Assembly: GCA_019747905.1 (NCBI GenBank)
Contig: JAIEQG010000013.1
Span: 50,482 to 114,481 of the forward strand
Reading direction: 5' to 3'
Origin: Burkholderiales bacterium
GTDB lineage: Bacteria > Pseudomonadota > Gammaproteobacteria > Burkholderiales > Ga0077523
DNA length: 64,000 nucleotides
Positions 9,601 through 16,837 of the stretch are shown here, piece by piece. Below the pieces are notes generated by a model. It was not told the DNA's origin and searched no databases. It worked only from the letters and a program-made list of their open reading frames with translations. How positions within the stretch are numbered: position 1 is the first letter of the stretch; each line of letters begins with the position of its first letter. The position numbers were made by a program, and so were the translations under genes.

Positions 9601-9751
9601 AGACGGTGCGCACCGAGACCACCGGGGGGTCGATGTTCGGGTACTCGCGCACCGGCATTCGCGTGTACGACAGGAAGCCCATCAGGATGATGAGCAGGCT
9701 CATGACGGTGGCGAGCACCGGACGGCGGATGGAGACGTCGGAGAGCACCAT
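6653..9751 (-). CDS. RND efflux transporter permease (HAE1/AcrB-like)
   Basis: 1032 aa. Sequence MVLSDVSIRRPVLATVMSLLIILMGFLSYTRMPVREYPNIDPPVVSVRTVYKGA..., with a twelve-TM-type hydrophobic pattern. Confidence 0.95.
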   Translation of the reverse strand: MVLSDVSIRRPVLATVMSLLIILMGFLSYTRMPVREYPNIDPPVVSVRTVYKGATAQVMESAITQPLEDSLSGIEGIKTIKSQSREEVSQITVTFVTSREIDGAANDVRDRVARVRKNIPAAADNPVVSKIEADAQPIVWVALTSGQHTPMEMTDFADRYLTDPLKAIPGVASVIIGGERKYAMRVWLDRERLAAQGLTAQDVEDALKRQNLDSPGGRIESTQREFTVQARTDLLSPEEFNNMIIKEVNGYPIRLRDVGRAAPGPYENRKIVRVRGEEALGLGVVKQSTANTLEVAQAVKELLPRLETSLQPGMKMWVAVDTSQFIQASVDSVMETIYVALALVVLVIFFFLREFRATIIPAVTIPVSIIGHFTFLKVLGFSINTLTLLGVVLSIGLVVDDAIVVLENVHRHIEEGMKPFKAALVGSKEIGFAVIAMTITLAAVFTPLSFAEGNVGKLMTEFALTVATSVIVSGFVALTLVPMMCSKFLRAEHSWLYHKTEPFFAGMVNVYRSMLGWTLRHRWVIAIVLVATLGSMVWLLGQLKDELSPEEDRSMFLAFVIAPEGSSMQYTDGYMRAVEEMTKGVPEIETMFAVVAPGLDRPNPVNLGVAFAVLKPWHERKRGQQAITKELGPKLFGGLPGALSFTKALPALGQPLFAKSVEYVIYGNTYEDLQVKVNKMMAKLRDYPGITALDTDLKLNKPQLSVKIDRDKASALGVSMSTIGHTLETLLGGFDVTRYKHEGKQYDVVVQMEDDKRRQPSDLTSIYVRGNDGTLHQLSNLVSISESVGPKELNHFNKLRAAVINGEPAPGYTLGQVLDHMDALVKSELGPETRTDLDNISREFRESGAQLIVTFGLALLVIYLVLAAQFESFVGPLVIMFTVPLAMTGALLVMYINTKLGNGGTLNVYSKVGLVMLVGLITKHGILIVEFANQLRERGMDRVEAVKEAATLRLRPILMTTAAMVLGAVPLALAHGAGAESRQAIGWVVVGGLMLGTLLTLFVIPTIYSVLVRKVHKRQDEGPELAAATTHA

Positions 9752-9756
9752 GGCGA

Positions 9757-10929
9757 TCAGCCCCCCGTCTTCGTGCCGGCGGCGGGCGCGCCCGCGGTGG
9801 CCGGCGGAGCCGACGGCAGCACCATCACCGGTGCGCCGTCGCGCATCTTCATCTGGCCGTCGGTCATGACGATGTCGTGATCCTTCAGGCCTTCGAGCAC
9901 TTCGACCTCACCCGGACGCCGCACGCCTAGCACCACCTTGGTGAGCACGGCCTTGCCGTCCACGATCTTGTAGACGAACGAATCGCGGCCCTGCGGCCAG
10001 ATGGCCTCTTCCGGGATGATGATGGCGTTGGGGCGCGACTCGAGCAAGATGCTCACGCGGCCGAACATGCCCGGCTTCAGCTTGACCTGGCTGTTCGGGA
10101 CCTGGGCCCGCGCCAGCACGGTGCGGCTCTTTTCGTCGACGGTGGGTTCGATCGCGTAGATGCGGCCCACGAACACGTCGTTCGGGAAGGCATCGGTGCG
10201 GATGCTGACCGTGAGCCCGGGCTTCAATTTGGAGACGTAGACTTCCGGCACGCGAAAATCGAGCTTGAGCGAACTCACGTTCTCGAGGCGCACGATGTCG
10301 TCGCCGGCCTTCACGTACGCACCGGGGCTGATCAGTCGCAGGCCCACGATGCCGCTGAAGGGGGCCTCGACCGTGGATTTGGCGAGTGCCACTTCATCCT
10401 GCTGCTGCTTGGCGAGGGCAACATCCATGCTGCCCTTGGCGACGTCCACGGCATCCTGGCTCACGAACTTCTGCGCGAGCAGTTCCTTGGCGCGCTCGTA
10501 GCGCTGGCGCTCCTTGGTTGCGTCGGCGGTCGAACCGGCCAGCCTCGCCTGGTACTCGGACGGGTCGAGGGTTACCAGCTTGGCGCCCTTCTGGACCGCC
10601 TGACCTTCCTGGAAGTTGAGCGCCATGACGCGGCCCGGAATTTCCGAGCGGATCACCACGGACTCTGCGGGGAGCAGCGTGCCGACCGCGGTGATGTCGT
10701 TCTCGACCTTGCCTACGCGCACCGGCTCGGCCTTCACGGGGAGTCCCATGGGCTTGGCTGGGCCGCCGGCGGCCGGACCGCCTGGCTTCGGCGCATCGCC
10801 GGCCTTGGTCTCGGCCGGCTTTGCTGCTCCGGGCGAGGGCGGCTTCGATTCGGAGTTGCTCCCGCAGCCGACCATCATCAAAGCGGCCAGTGCGGCCGGC
10901 AGGAGTGAAACGGACAACGGACGGCGCAT
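9757..10929 (-). CDS. RND efflux periplasmic adaptor (membrane fusion protein), lipoprotein
   Basis: Start at ATG 10929. MRRPLSVSLLPAALAALMMVGCGS is a lipobox. The remainder has coiled-coil and beta-barrel MFP regions. There is a 5-nt gap to the RND permease. Confidence 0.9.
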   Translation of the reverse strand: MRRPLSVSLLPAALAALMMVGCGSNSESKPPSPGAAKPAETKAGDAPKPGGPAAGGPAKPMGLPVKAEPVRVGKVENDITAVGTLLPAESVVIRSEIPGRVMALNFQEGQAVQKGAKLVTLDPSEYQARLAGSTADATKERQRYERAKELLAQKFVSQDAVDVAKGSMDVALAKQQQDEVALAKSTVEAPFSGIVGLRLISPGAYVKAGDDIVRLENVSSLKLDFRVPEVYVSKLKPGLTVSIRTDAFPNDVFVGRIYAIEPTVDEKSRTVLARAQVPNSQVKLKPGMFGRVSILLESRPNAIIIPEEAIWPQGRDSFVYKIVDGKAVLTKVVLGVRRPGEVEVLEGLKDHDIVMTDGQMKMRDGAPVMVLPSAPPATAGAPAAGTKTGG

Positions 10930-11139
10930 GATTTTCACTGGAGAAGCCTCGAATGATGCGTGCAGCGGTGAAAAAACCCCCGGCGCCATCTTCTCTCTCG
11001 AGAATGAGGCGCCGCGGACACTGAGGTTGGTCGCCGCTGGGATGCATTCCTACCCCTACGTCTTCCAGGCGGCGGTCTGGTGCTGACCAAAGGGTCAGTA
11101 ATTGCTCCTTATCATAGCGGAGTTTACTCGCCCTTCGCC

Positions 11140-12042
11140 ATGCGCTTATCCCTCGAAGCCCTCGCGACTCTCGATGCCATCGCCCGCCGCGGCAGCTTCG
11201 CCGCGGCCGCCGAGGAGTTGAATCGCGTGCCCTCGGCCGTGACCTACACCGTCCAGAAACTCGAGCAGGATCTCGGCGTGCCGCTGTTCGATCGCAGCGG
11301 CCACCGCGCGAAACTGACCCCCGCCGGCGCCGAACTGCTGCGCGAAGGCCGCCACCTCCTGCGCTCGGCTGCGGAGATCGAGCGCCGGGTCCAGCGCCTC
11401 GCCGAGGGTTGGGAGTCCGAGCTTGCCATTGCGGTGGACGACATCATCGCGCTCGAGCGCATCTATCCGCTGATGGCGCGGTTCTACGCCCTTAATCCGG
11501 GGACGCGGTTGCGTGTAGGCGCGGAAGTGCTGGCCGGTTCGTGGGATGCCCTGCAGTCCGGCCGGGCCGACCTCGTGATCGGCGCCTCCGGCGACCCACC
11601 GCCCGAGGGCGGTTGTTCGCTGCAGCCCATGGGCGTGGTGGCGTTCGATTTCGTGGTCGCGCCGAACCATCCGCTCGCGGCTGCGCCGGAACCGCTGGCG
11701 CCGGACGCCATCCTCGAATACCGCGCCATCCTGGTCGCGGACAGTTCCCGTACCCTGCCGGCGCGCACCACCGGCCTCATCTCGGGCCAGGATTGCCTGA
11801 CGGTGCCAAGCATGCGCGCGAAGATCGACGCCCATGTGGCGGGCCTGGGGGTAGGCTATCTGCCGGCGCATCGGGCGCGCCCGCTCGTCGCCGCAGGCTC
11901 TCTGGTGACCAAGTCCGTACTGGAATCCAAGCCGACCGCGCAGCTCTACGTTGCCTCGCGACCGCGGGGATCGGGCAAAGCGCTGAAGTGGTTCCTCACC
12001 CAGCTCGAAGATCCGGCAACGCTCGGATCCTTTCTTGCCTGA
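11140..12042 (+). CDS. LysR family transcriptional regulator
   Basis: MRLSLEALATLDAIARRGSFAAAAEELNRVPSAVTYTVQKLEQDLGVPLFDRSGHRAKLTPAG. Divergent from the efflux operon. Confidence 0.9.
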   Translation: MRLSLEALATLDAIARRGSFAAAAEELNRVPSAVTYTVQKLEQDLGVPLFDRSGHRAKLTPAGAELLREGRHLLRSAAEIERRVQRLAEGWESELAIAVDDIIALERIYPLMARFYALNPGTRLRVGAEVLAGSWDALQSGRADLVIGASGDPPPEGGCSLQPMGVVAFDFVVAPNHPLAAAPEPLAPDAILEYRAILVADSSRTLPARTTGLISGQDCLTVPSMRAKIDAHVAGLGVGYLPAHRARPLVAAGSLVTKSVLESKPTAQLYVASRPRGSGKALKWFLTQLEDPATLGSFLA

Positions 12043-12060
12043 AGAGACGTTTCCCCGGTA

Positions 12061-12117
12061 GCCCCTGCGGTCTCTGCCCCCAGGGGCTCAGCCCTCTTTG
12101 GGCCGAGGAGGGGTTGG
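12061..12117. repeat. intergenic GC-rich hairpin repeat, family 2 (copy 1 of 2)
   Basis: TCTCTGCCCCCAGGGGCTCAGCCCTCTTTGGGCC is roughly 80 percent identical to 30902-30936. Hairpin GCCCCTG...CAGGGGC at 12061-12087. It lies between convergent gene ends. Confidence 0.45.
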
Positions 12118-12119
12118 CG

Positions 12120-12542
12120 TCAGGTCAGATTGCCGCGGCGTCCCGCGGGACAGGCCCGGCGCATGGCGATCATGGACTCGGCCTCGCGGTCGCGGCGCAT
12201 TTCCTCGCGGACCTGATCGATGTCGAGGTTCTGCGCGCGCCGCAGGAGTGCTTCCAACTGGGGCGCCGAGAACGCGGCCGGGCCGCAGTACAGCCCGACA
12301 CCCTTTCGGAACAGCACCAGTGCCGGTGCCGCCTCGATGCCGAACAGCCCGGCCAGCGCATTTGAATCCGTCCAGGGGACGCGCCGGAAGGCCACTTCGG
12401 GCATGCGCTGCATCACATCCTCGAAGGCCGCGCGGAAGCCCCGGCCTGCTTCACTGCCCTCGTCGTCGAACACGATCGCGAGGGTCGCGTGGGCCGCGAT
12501 CAGCGCGTCGAGAGTGTCCTGGTCGGGGAGCGTGGCGACCAT
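12120..12542 (-). CDS. thioredoxin-fold protein lacking the CxxC active site, with a basic C-terminal extension
   Basis: 140 aa. The pattern LAIVFDDEG...FRRVPWTDSNALAGLFGIEAAPALVLFRKGVGL looks like a Trx fold, but no CxxC is present. It starts 10 nt after the thioredoxin gene on the same strand. Confidence 0.7.
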   Translation of the reverse strand: MVATLPDQDTLDALIAAHATLAIVFDDEGSEAGRGFRAAFEDVMQRMPEVAFRRVPWTDSNALAGLFGIEAAPALVLFRKGVGLYCGPAAFSAPQLEALLRRAQNLDIDQVREEMRRDREAESMIAMRRACPAGRRGNLT

Positions 12543-12552
12543 AGGCAGGCCC

Positions 12553-12936
12553 TCAGGACTGGGCGGCGGGCTCTGCCGCGTCGCGGGCCGCGATTTCGCT
12601 GTGGACTTTTGCCATGTCGATCCCCTTCACCTCTTCGATCAGCTTTTCGAAGGCGCCGCCCATCATAGCGCCGGGCTGGGAGAAGAGGATGATCTGCTCG
12701 CGAAACACCATCAGGGTCGGAATCGCGCGGATGCTGAACTGCTGGGCGATCTCCGGCACGTCCTCGGTGTTGAGCTTGGCGAAGACGACGTCGGGATGCT
12801 GTTCCGACGTGGCCTCGAACACCGGGGCGAAGGCGCGACAGGGGCCGCACCACGGCGCCCAGAAATCGATGATCACGATGTCGTTGCCCTCGATCGTGGA
12901 CTCGAAGTTGTCCAGGGTCAGTTCGACGGTTGCCAT
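12553..12936 (-). CDS. thioredoxin (WCGPC active site)
   Basis: IVIIDFWAPWCGPCRAFAPVFE...IRAIPTLMVFRE. 127 aa with a short C-terminal tail. Confidence 0.9.
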   Translation of the reverse strand: MATVELTLDNFESTIEGNDIVIIDFWAPWCGPCRAFAPVFEATSEQHPDVVFAKLNTEDVPEIAQQFSIRAIPTLMVFREQIILFSQPGAMMGGAFEKLIEEVKGIDMAKVHSEIAARDAAEPAAQS

Positions 12937-13158
12937 GAAAAAACACTCCTGCAGGTAGGGGTGACGGGGCCGCTCGAATGCCGCGGATCGGTTGTCGCCA
13001 AGATAGGGGCGGCAGGGACGGAACGCAACCGCCCGCCACCCTGAAAATTCCTATGGCGCCGATAAGAACAATTCATCATCGGATGCGGGGGCAATCCCTA
13101 TACTCGAGGCGTGTGCGCACCTGGCGCAGATCCGATCAACCAGTACTGGAGCTCGAAC

Positions 13159-13632
13159 ATGAAACCGAACATCGGCCTGAGCGATGCCCAACGCAAGGGT
13201 GTCGTGGAGATCCTGAACCGCCTGCTCGCAGACGAGGTGGTGCTGTACATCAAGACCCGCAACTACCATTGGAATGTGGAAGGTCCCGACTTCAGCGAGA
13301 CACACAAGTTCTTCGAGGCGCAGTACGAAGAGCTCGACGAGATCATGGACGACGTCGCGGAGCGCGCGCGGGCCCTGGGCGGGCGCGCCGCAGGTTCGCT
13401 CGCGGCGTATCTCAAGCTCACCAAGCTGAAGGAAGACGACGGCAAGACCGTGGGGGAGAAAGCGATGATCAAGGACTTGCTGATCAGCCACGAAACCATC
13501 ATCCAGCGCCTGCGCAAGGAAGTGGAGATCGTCGGCGACAAGTTGGGCGATGTCGGCACCAACGACTTCATCACCGGCTTGATCGAGGCGCACGAGAAGA
13601 TGGCGTGGATGCTGCGCTCGTACTTGGCGTGA
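13159..13632 (+). CDS. dps: Dps family DNA-protection/ferroxidase protein
   Basis: ATG at 13159 with GGAG 7 nt upstream. Sequence MKPNIGLSDAQRKGVVEILNRLLADEVVLYIKTRNYHWNVEGPDFSETHKFFEAQYEELDEIMDDVAERARALGG. Confidence 0.9.
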   Translation: MKPNIGLSDAQRKGVVEILNRLLADEVVLYIKTRNYHWNVEGPDFSETHKFFEAQYEELDEIMDDVAERARALGGRAAGSLAAYLKLTKLKEDDGKTVGEKAMIKDLLISHETIIQRLRKEVEIVGDKLGDVGTNDFITGLIEAHEKMAWMLRSYLA

Positions 13633-13659
13633 GGTCGGTGGTGCCGACCCCACGCCAAG
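13623..13659 (+). terminator. long hairpin spanning the dps stop codon (no U-tract)
   Basis: CTTGGCGTG-a-GGTCGG-tggtg-CCGACC-c-CACGCCAAG gives 15 paired positions. The dps TGA lies at 13630-13632. Confidence 0.45.
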
Positions 13660-13691
13660 TGCAGTCCAATGGTGGCCCCCCACTTCCCCGT

Positions 13692-13714
13692 CCCTTCTCC
13701 CCGGGGGAGAAGGG
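13692..13714. repeat. GC hairpin related to the C5/G5 repeat units
   Basis: CCCTTCTCCCC-g-GGGGAGAAGGG is a perfect 11-bp dyad between dps and the response-regulator gene. Confidence 0.35.
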
Positions 13715-13742
13715 GGGATTCCACGAATGAATGGGGTAACCA

Positions 13743-15437
13743 ATGCCTGACGCGCGTCCCGTCATTCTCGCCGTCGACGACGAACCGGAGGTCTCGCGCG
13801 CCGTGGCGCGCGATCTGCGCGAAGCCTACGGCGAGCACTACCGGATCCTCCGTGCCGAGTCGCCGCTCACGGCCATGGAGACCCTGACCGAACTCCGGTT
13901 GCGCAGCGATACCGTCGCCTTGCTGTTGTCGGACCAGCGCATGCCCGAGATGAGCGGCGTCGAGTTTCTCGAGCAGGCCTCCAAGCTGTTCCCCACCGCC
14001 CGCCGGGTTCTGCTCACGGCGTACACCGATACCGAAGCAGCGATCCGCGCGATCAATCGCGTGCGCCTCGACTACTACCTGATGAAACCGTGGCATCCGC
14101 CGGAGCACAACCTCTATCCGGTGCTCGGCGACCTCCTGGAAGATTGGCGCTCCACGCAGAAGCCGCAGTTCCGCGGCGTGCAGCTCATCGATCATCGCTG
14201 GTCGCCGCTGGGCCACGAGCTGCGTGAATTTCTCTCGGGCAATCACGTGCCCTACCGGCGGCTCGATGTCGAGCATGATCCGGAAGCGCAGCGCATCATC
14301 GAACTGCTCACGCCCGAAGAGAAGACAGCGTGCAATGCCCCCAAACTGAAGGGCCTGCCGCTGGTGGTGCTGCCGGACGGCACGCGCCTGCAGCGGCCCA
14401 GCCCGACCGTGCTGGCAGAGCGTCTCGGAATCTCGACCCACAGCGCGACACAGGTGTACGACCTCGTGATCGTGGGCGGCGGACCGGCGGGCCTCGCGGC
14501 CGCGGTTTACGGTGCCTCCGAAGGGCTCAAGAGCGCGATCGTCGAGCGCGAAGCCCCGGGCGGCCAGGCCGGCACCAGTTCCCGCATCGAGAACTACCTC
14601 GGTTTCCCTTCGGGCTTGAGCGGCGCCGACCTGTCGCGCCGCGCCGTTGCGCAGGCGCGGCGTTTCGGTGCCGATCTGATTCTCACGCAGGCTGTCACGG
14701 GTTTGCGCGTGCAGGCGCCCTACAAGTTCGTGCAGTTGTCGGATGGCTCCGAAGTCGGCTGCCGCGCGCTGGTGATCGCGAGCGGCGTGCAGTACCGCAA
14801 GTTGCCGGCACCCGGCCTCGAGGAACTGGCCGGCGTCGGTGTGTTCTATGGGGCTGCGACCACCGAGACCGCCGTCTGCCAGGGCCAGGACGTGGTGATC
14901 GTCGGCGGCGGCAATTCGGCAGGGCAGGGCGCGATCTTCCTGGCGGACTACGCGCGGAGCGTCACCATCATCGTGCGCGGCGAAGGGCTCGCGGCGACGA
15001 TGTCGCGTTATCTCATCGACCGCATCGAAGGGACCGCCAACATCACGGTGTTGCCTTTCACGCAGGTGGCGCGAGTGAGTGGCACCGATCACCTGGAAAC
15101 CGTGACACTCGGCAACGTGCGCACCGGCGAAGAGGAAACCCGCGACGTCGCGGCGCTGTTCATCTTCATCGGTGCCGAGCCGCGCACCGATTGGCTGGGC
15201 GATTCCGCGCTGCGCGACGATCATGGCTTCATCCTGACCGGCCGTGACCTGCTGGTCGACGGCAAATGGCCCCCGGTGTGGACCCTCGAGCGCGACCCGT
15301 TCCTGCTAGAGACCTGCATCCCCGGCGTGTTCGCGGCCGGCGACGTGCGCCACGGTTCGATGAAACGGGTCGCCGCAGCCGTGGGCGAAGGGTCCATGGC
15401 CGTGTCGTTCGTCCACCAGTTTCTCGCCGACCTGTGA
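13743..15437 (+). CDS. fused response regulator / thioredoxin-reductase-like FAD oxidoreductase (no CxxC redox motif)
   Basis: The N-terminal REC domain reads VILAVDDEPEV...LLLSDQRMPEMSGVEFL...YLMKPW. A roughly 110-aa linker domain follows, then YDLVIVGGGPAGLAAAVYGASEGL and VVIVGGGNSAGQGAIFLA dinucleotide-binding motifs. Where TrxR has CATC, this sequence reads YGAATTETAVCQG. Confidence 0.9.
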   Translation: MPDARPVILAVDDEPEVSRAVARDLREAYGEHYRILRAESPLTAMETLTELRLRSDTVALLLSDQRMPEMSGVEFLEQASKLFPTARRVLLTAYTDTEAAIRAINRVRLDYYLMKPWHPPEHNLYPVLGDLLEDWRSTQKPQFRGVQLIDHRWSPLGHELREFLSGNHVPYRRLDVEHDPEAQRIIELLTPEEKTACNAPKLKGLPLVVLPDGTRLQRPSPTVLAERLGISTHSATQVYDLVIVGGGPAGLAAAVYGASEGLKSAIVEREAPGGQAGTSSRIENYLGFPSGLSGADLSRRAVAQARRFGADLILTQAVTGLRVQAPYKFVQLSDGSEVGCRALVIASGVQYRKLPAPGLEELAGVGVFYGAATTETAVCQGQDVVIVGGGNSAGQGAIFLADYARSVTIIVRGEGLAATMSRYLIDRIEGTANITVLPFTQVARVSGTDHLETVTLGNVRTGEEETRDVAALFIFIGAEPRTDWLGDSALRDDHGFILTGRDLLVDGKWPPVWTLERDPFLLETCIPGVFAAGDVRHGSMKRVAAAVGEGSMAVSFVHQFLADL

Positions 15438-16822
15438 TCGGGCTCGAACTCCTCCGCGCCATGCCGTTGTTCAGCGGCCTGTCGGACGAACGTCTCGATT
15501 GGGTCTGCCACCGGCTCACCGACTTCGAACTTGCGCCCGGTGAGGCACTGATCCACGAAGGCGACGAGGGCGCGAGCTTCGTGGTCCTGATCGAAGGCTC
15601 GTTGCTCATTACCAAGCGCTCCAACAGCGTCGAACTGCCGGCCGGTCGCCAGGATGCACCGGCCTTCATGGGCGAGATTCCGCTGCTCTCCGGTACGCCG
15701 GCCCAGGTCACGGTGCGCTCCGCCGGGCACAGCCGCCTGCTGCGCCTGGACGAGGATACCTTTCGCGAACTGATCGCGACCGACGTCACCTTCAGCCGCA
15801 CCATCTTCCAGACGCTCTCGAGGCGCGTTTCGGGCCTCGAATCCTTCGTGCGCCAGCGCGAGAAGCTGGCCTCCCTCGGAACGCTGACTGCCGGCCTCGC
15901 CCACGAGCTCAACAACCCCGCGGCGGCCGTGGCACGTTCCACCGACCGCATGCGGGCGATCGCGCGCGATCTCGATTCCATCACGTGCGAACTGCACGAC
16001 TCCGATCTTCCGCAGGAGGCGATGTACGCTCTGAAGGCGCTGAGCGACACGGCCATCAGCGGGCCCGTGCCGGCGCGCACCCCGATCGAAGAGAGCGATC
16101 GCGAAGAAGCCTTCGGCGAGTGGCTGGACGGCCGCAAGGTGCACGATGCATGGAAGATCGCTGCCGTGTTCGCTGCATCGAAGCTCGAGTTGCCGGCCGT
16201 GCAATCACTGCTCGGCAGCGCGGGCGATGCCGTCTCGCCGGCGGCCCGCTGGCTCGCGGCCACCGTCGAACTCGCGGCGCTGGTCGACGAAGCCAACCAC
16301 GGTGCCTCGCGCATCGCCGATCTGGTGAAGGCGATGAAGTCCTATTCGTACATGGACCAGGCGCCGAAGCAGGAGGTGGACATTCACGAAGGCATCGAAG
16401 CCACGCTCACCATCATGCGCCACAAGCTGAAGCACGGCGTCGAAGTGGTGCGCGAATACGATCGGTCGTTGCCGAAACTGTCGGTGTACGGCTCGGAGCT
16501 CAATCAGGTGTGGACCAACCTGATCGACAACGCGTTGGACGCGATGGACTGCAAGGGCACACTTACTATCCGCACGCGGCGCGACGGCGGCGCCGCCGTC
16601 GTCGAAGTGGGTGATTCAGGTCCCGGCATCCCGCCGGACGTGCAGACGCGGCTGTTCGAACCGTTCTTCACCACGAAGCCCGTCGGCAAGGGCACCGGTC
16701 TCGGGCTCGATATCACCTGGCGTATCGTCGTGAATCGCCACGGCGGTACCATCAAGGTCCATTCGAAGCCGGGCGACACGAAATTCCTGGTGGTGCTGCC
16801 GATCGATTCCGAGGTTCACTGA
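15434..16822 (+). CDS. cyclic-nucleotide-binding-domain sensor histidine kinase
   Basis: The GTG at 15434 overlaps the upstream stop (GTGA). The cNMP-binding-like N-terminus reads LRAMPLFSGLSDERLDWV...GEALIHEGDEGASFVVLIEGSL...FMGEIPLL. The HisKA H-box is LAHELNNPAAA. The HATPase motifs are NLIDNALDAM, DSGPGIP and GTGLGL. Confidence 0.9.
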   Translation: MIGLELLRAMPLFSGLSDERLDWVCHRLTDFELAPGEALIHEGDEGASFVVLIEGSLLITKRSNSVELPAGRQDAPAFMGEIPLLSGTPAQVTVRSAGHSRLLRLDEDTFRELIATDVTFSRTIFQTLSRRVSGLESFVRQREKLASLGTLTAGLAHELNNPAAAVARSTDRMRAIARDLDSITCELHDSDLPQEAMYALKALSDTAISGPVPARTPIEESDREEAFGEWLDGRKVHDAWKIAAVFAASKLELPAVQSLLGSAGDAVSPAARWLAATVELAALVDEANHGASRIADLVKAMKSYSYMDQAPKQEVDIHEGIEATLTIMRHKLKHGVEVVREYDRSLPKLSVYGSELNQVWTNLIDNALDAMDCKGTLTIRTRRDGGAAVVEVGDSGPGIPPDVQTRLFEPFFTTKPVGKGTGLGLDITWRIVVNRHGGTIKVHSKPGDTKFLVVLPIDSEVH

Positions 16823-16837
16823 CCCCCGAGGTACGCG

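Noticed and set aside
6650-9880. 1076-aa plus-strand ORF, the longest in this part of the track.
   Set aside because: It is exactly antisense to the RND permease and adaptor genes. The translation is a His/Arg/Asp/Gly-rich, low-complexity string with no motifs. This is a typical high-GC antisense artefact.
11083-11098. CTGACC-aaag-GGTCAG dyad in the LysR / efflux divergent region, considered as a LysR box.
   Set aside because: The spacing (T-N12-A) does not fit the usual T-N11-A LysR motif, and the site falls just before the LysR start codon. It is too weak to annotate.
13263-15224. 653-aa minus-strand ORF.
   Set aside because: It is antisense to the REC-TrxR-like gene and part of dps. It has no recognisable domains.
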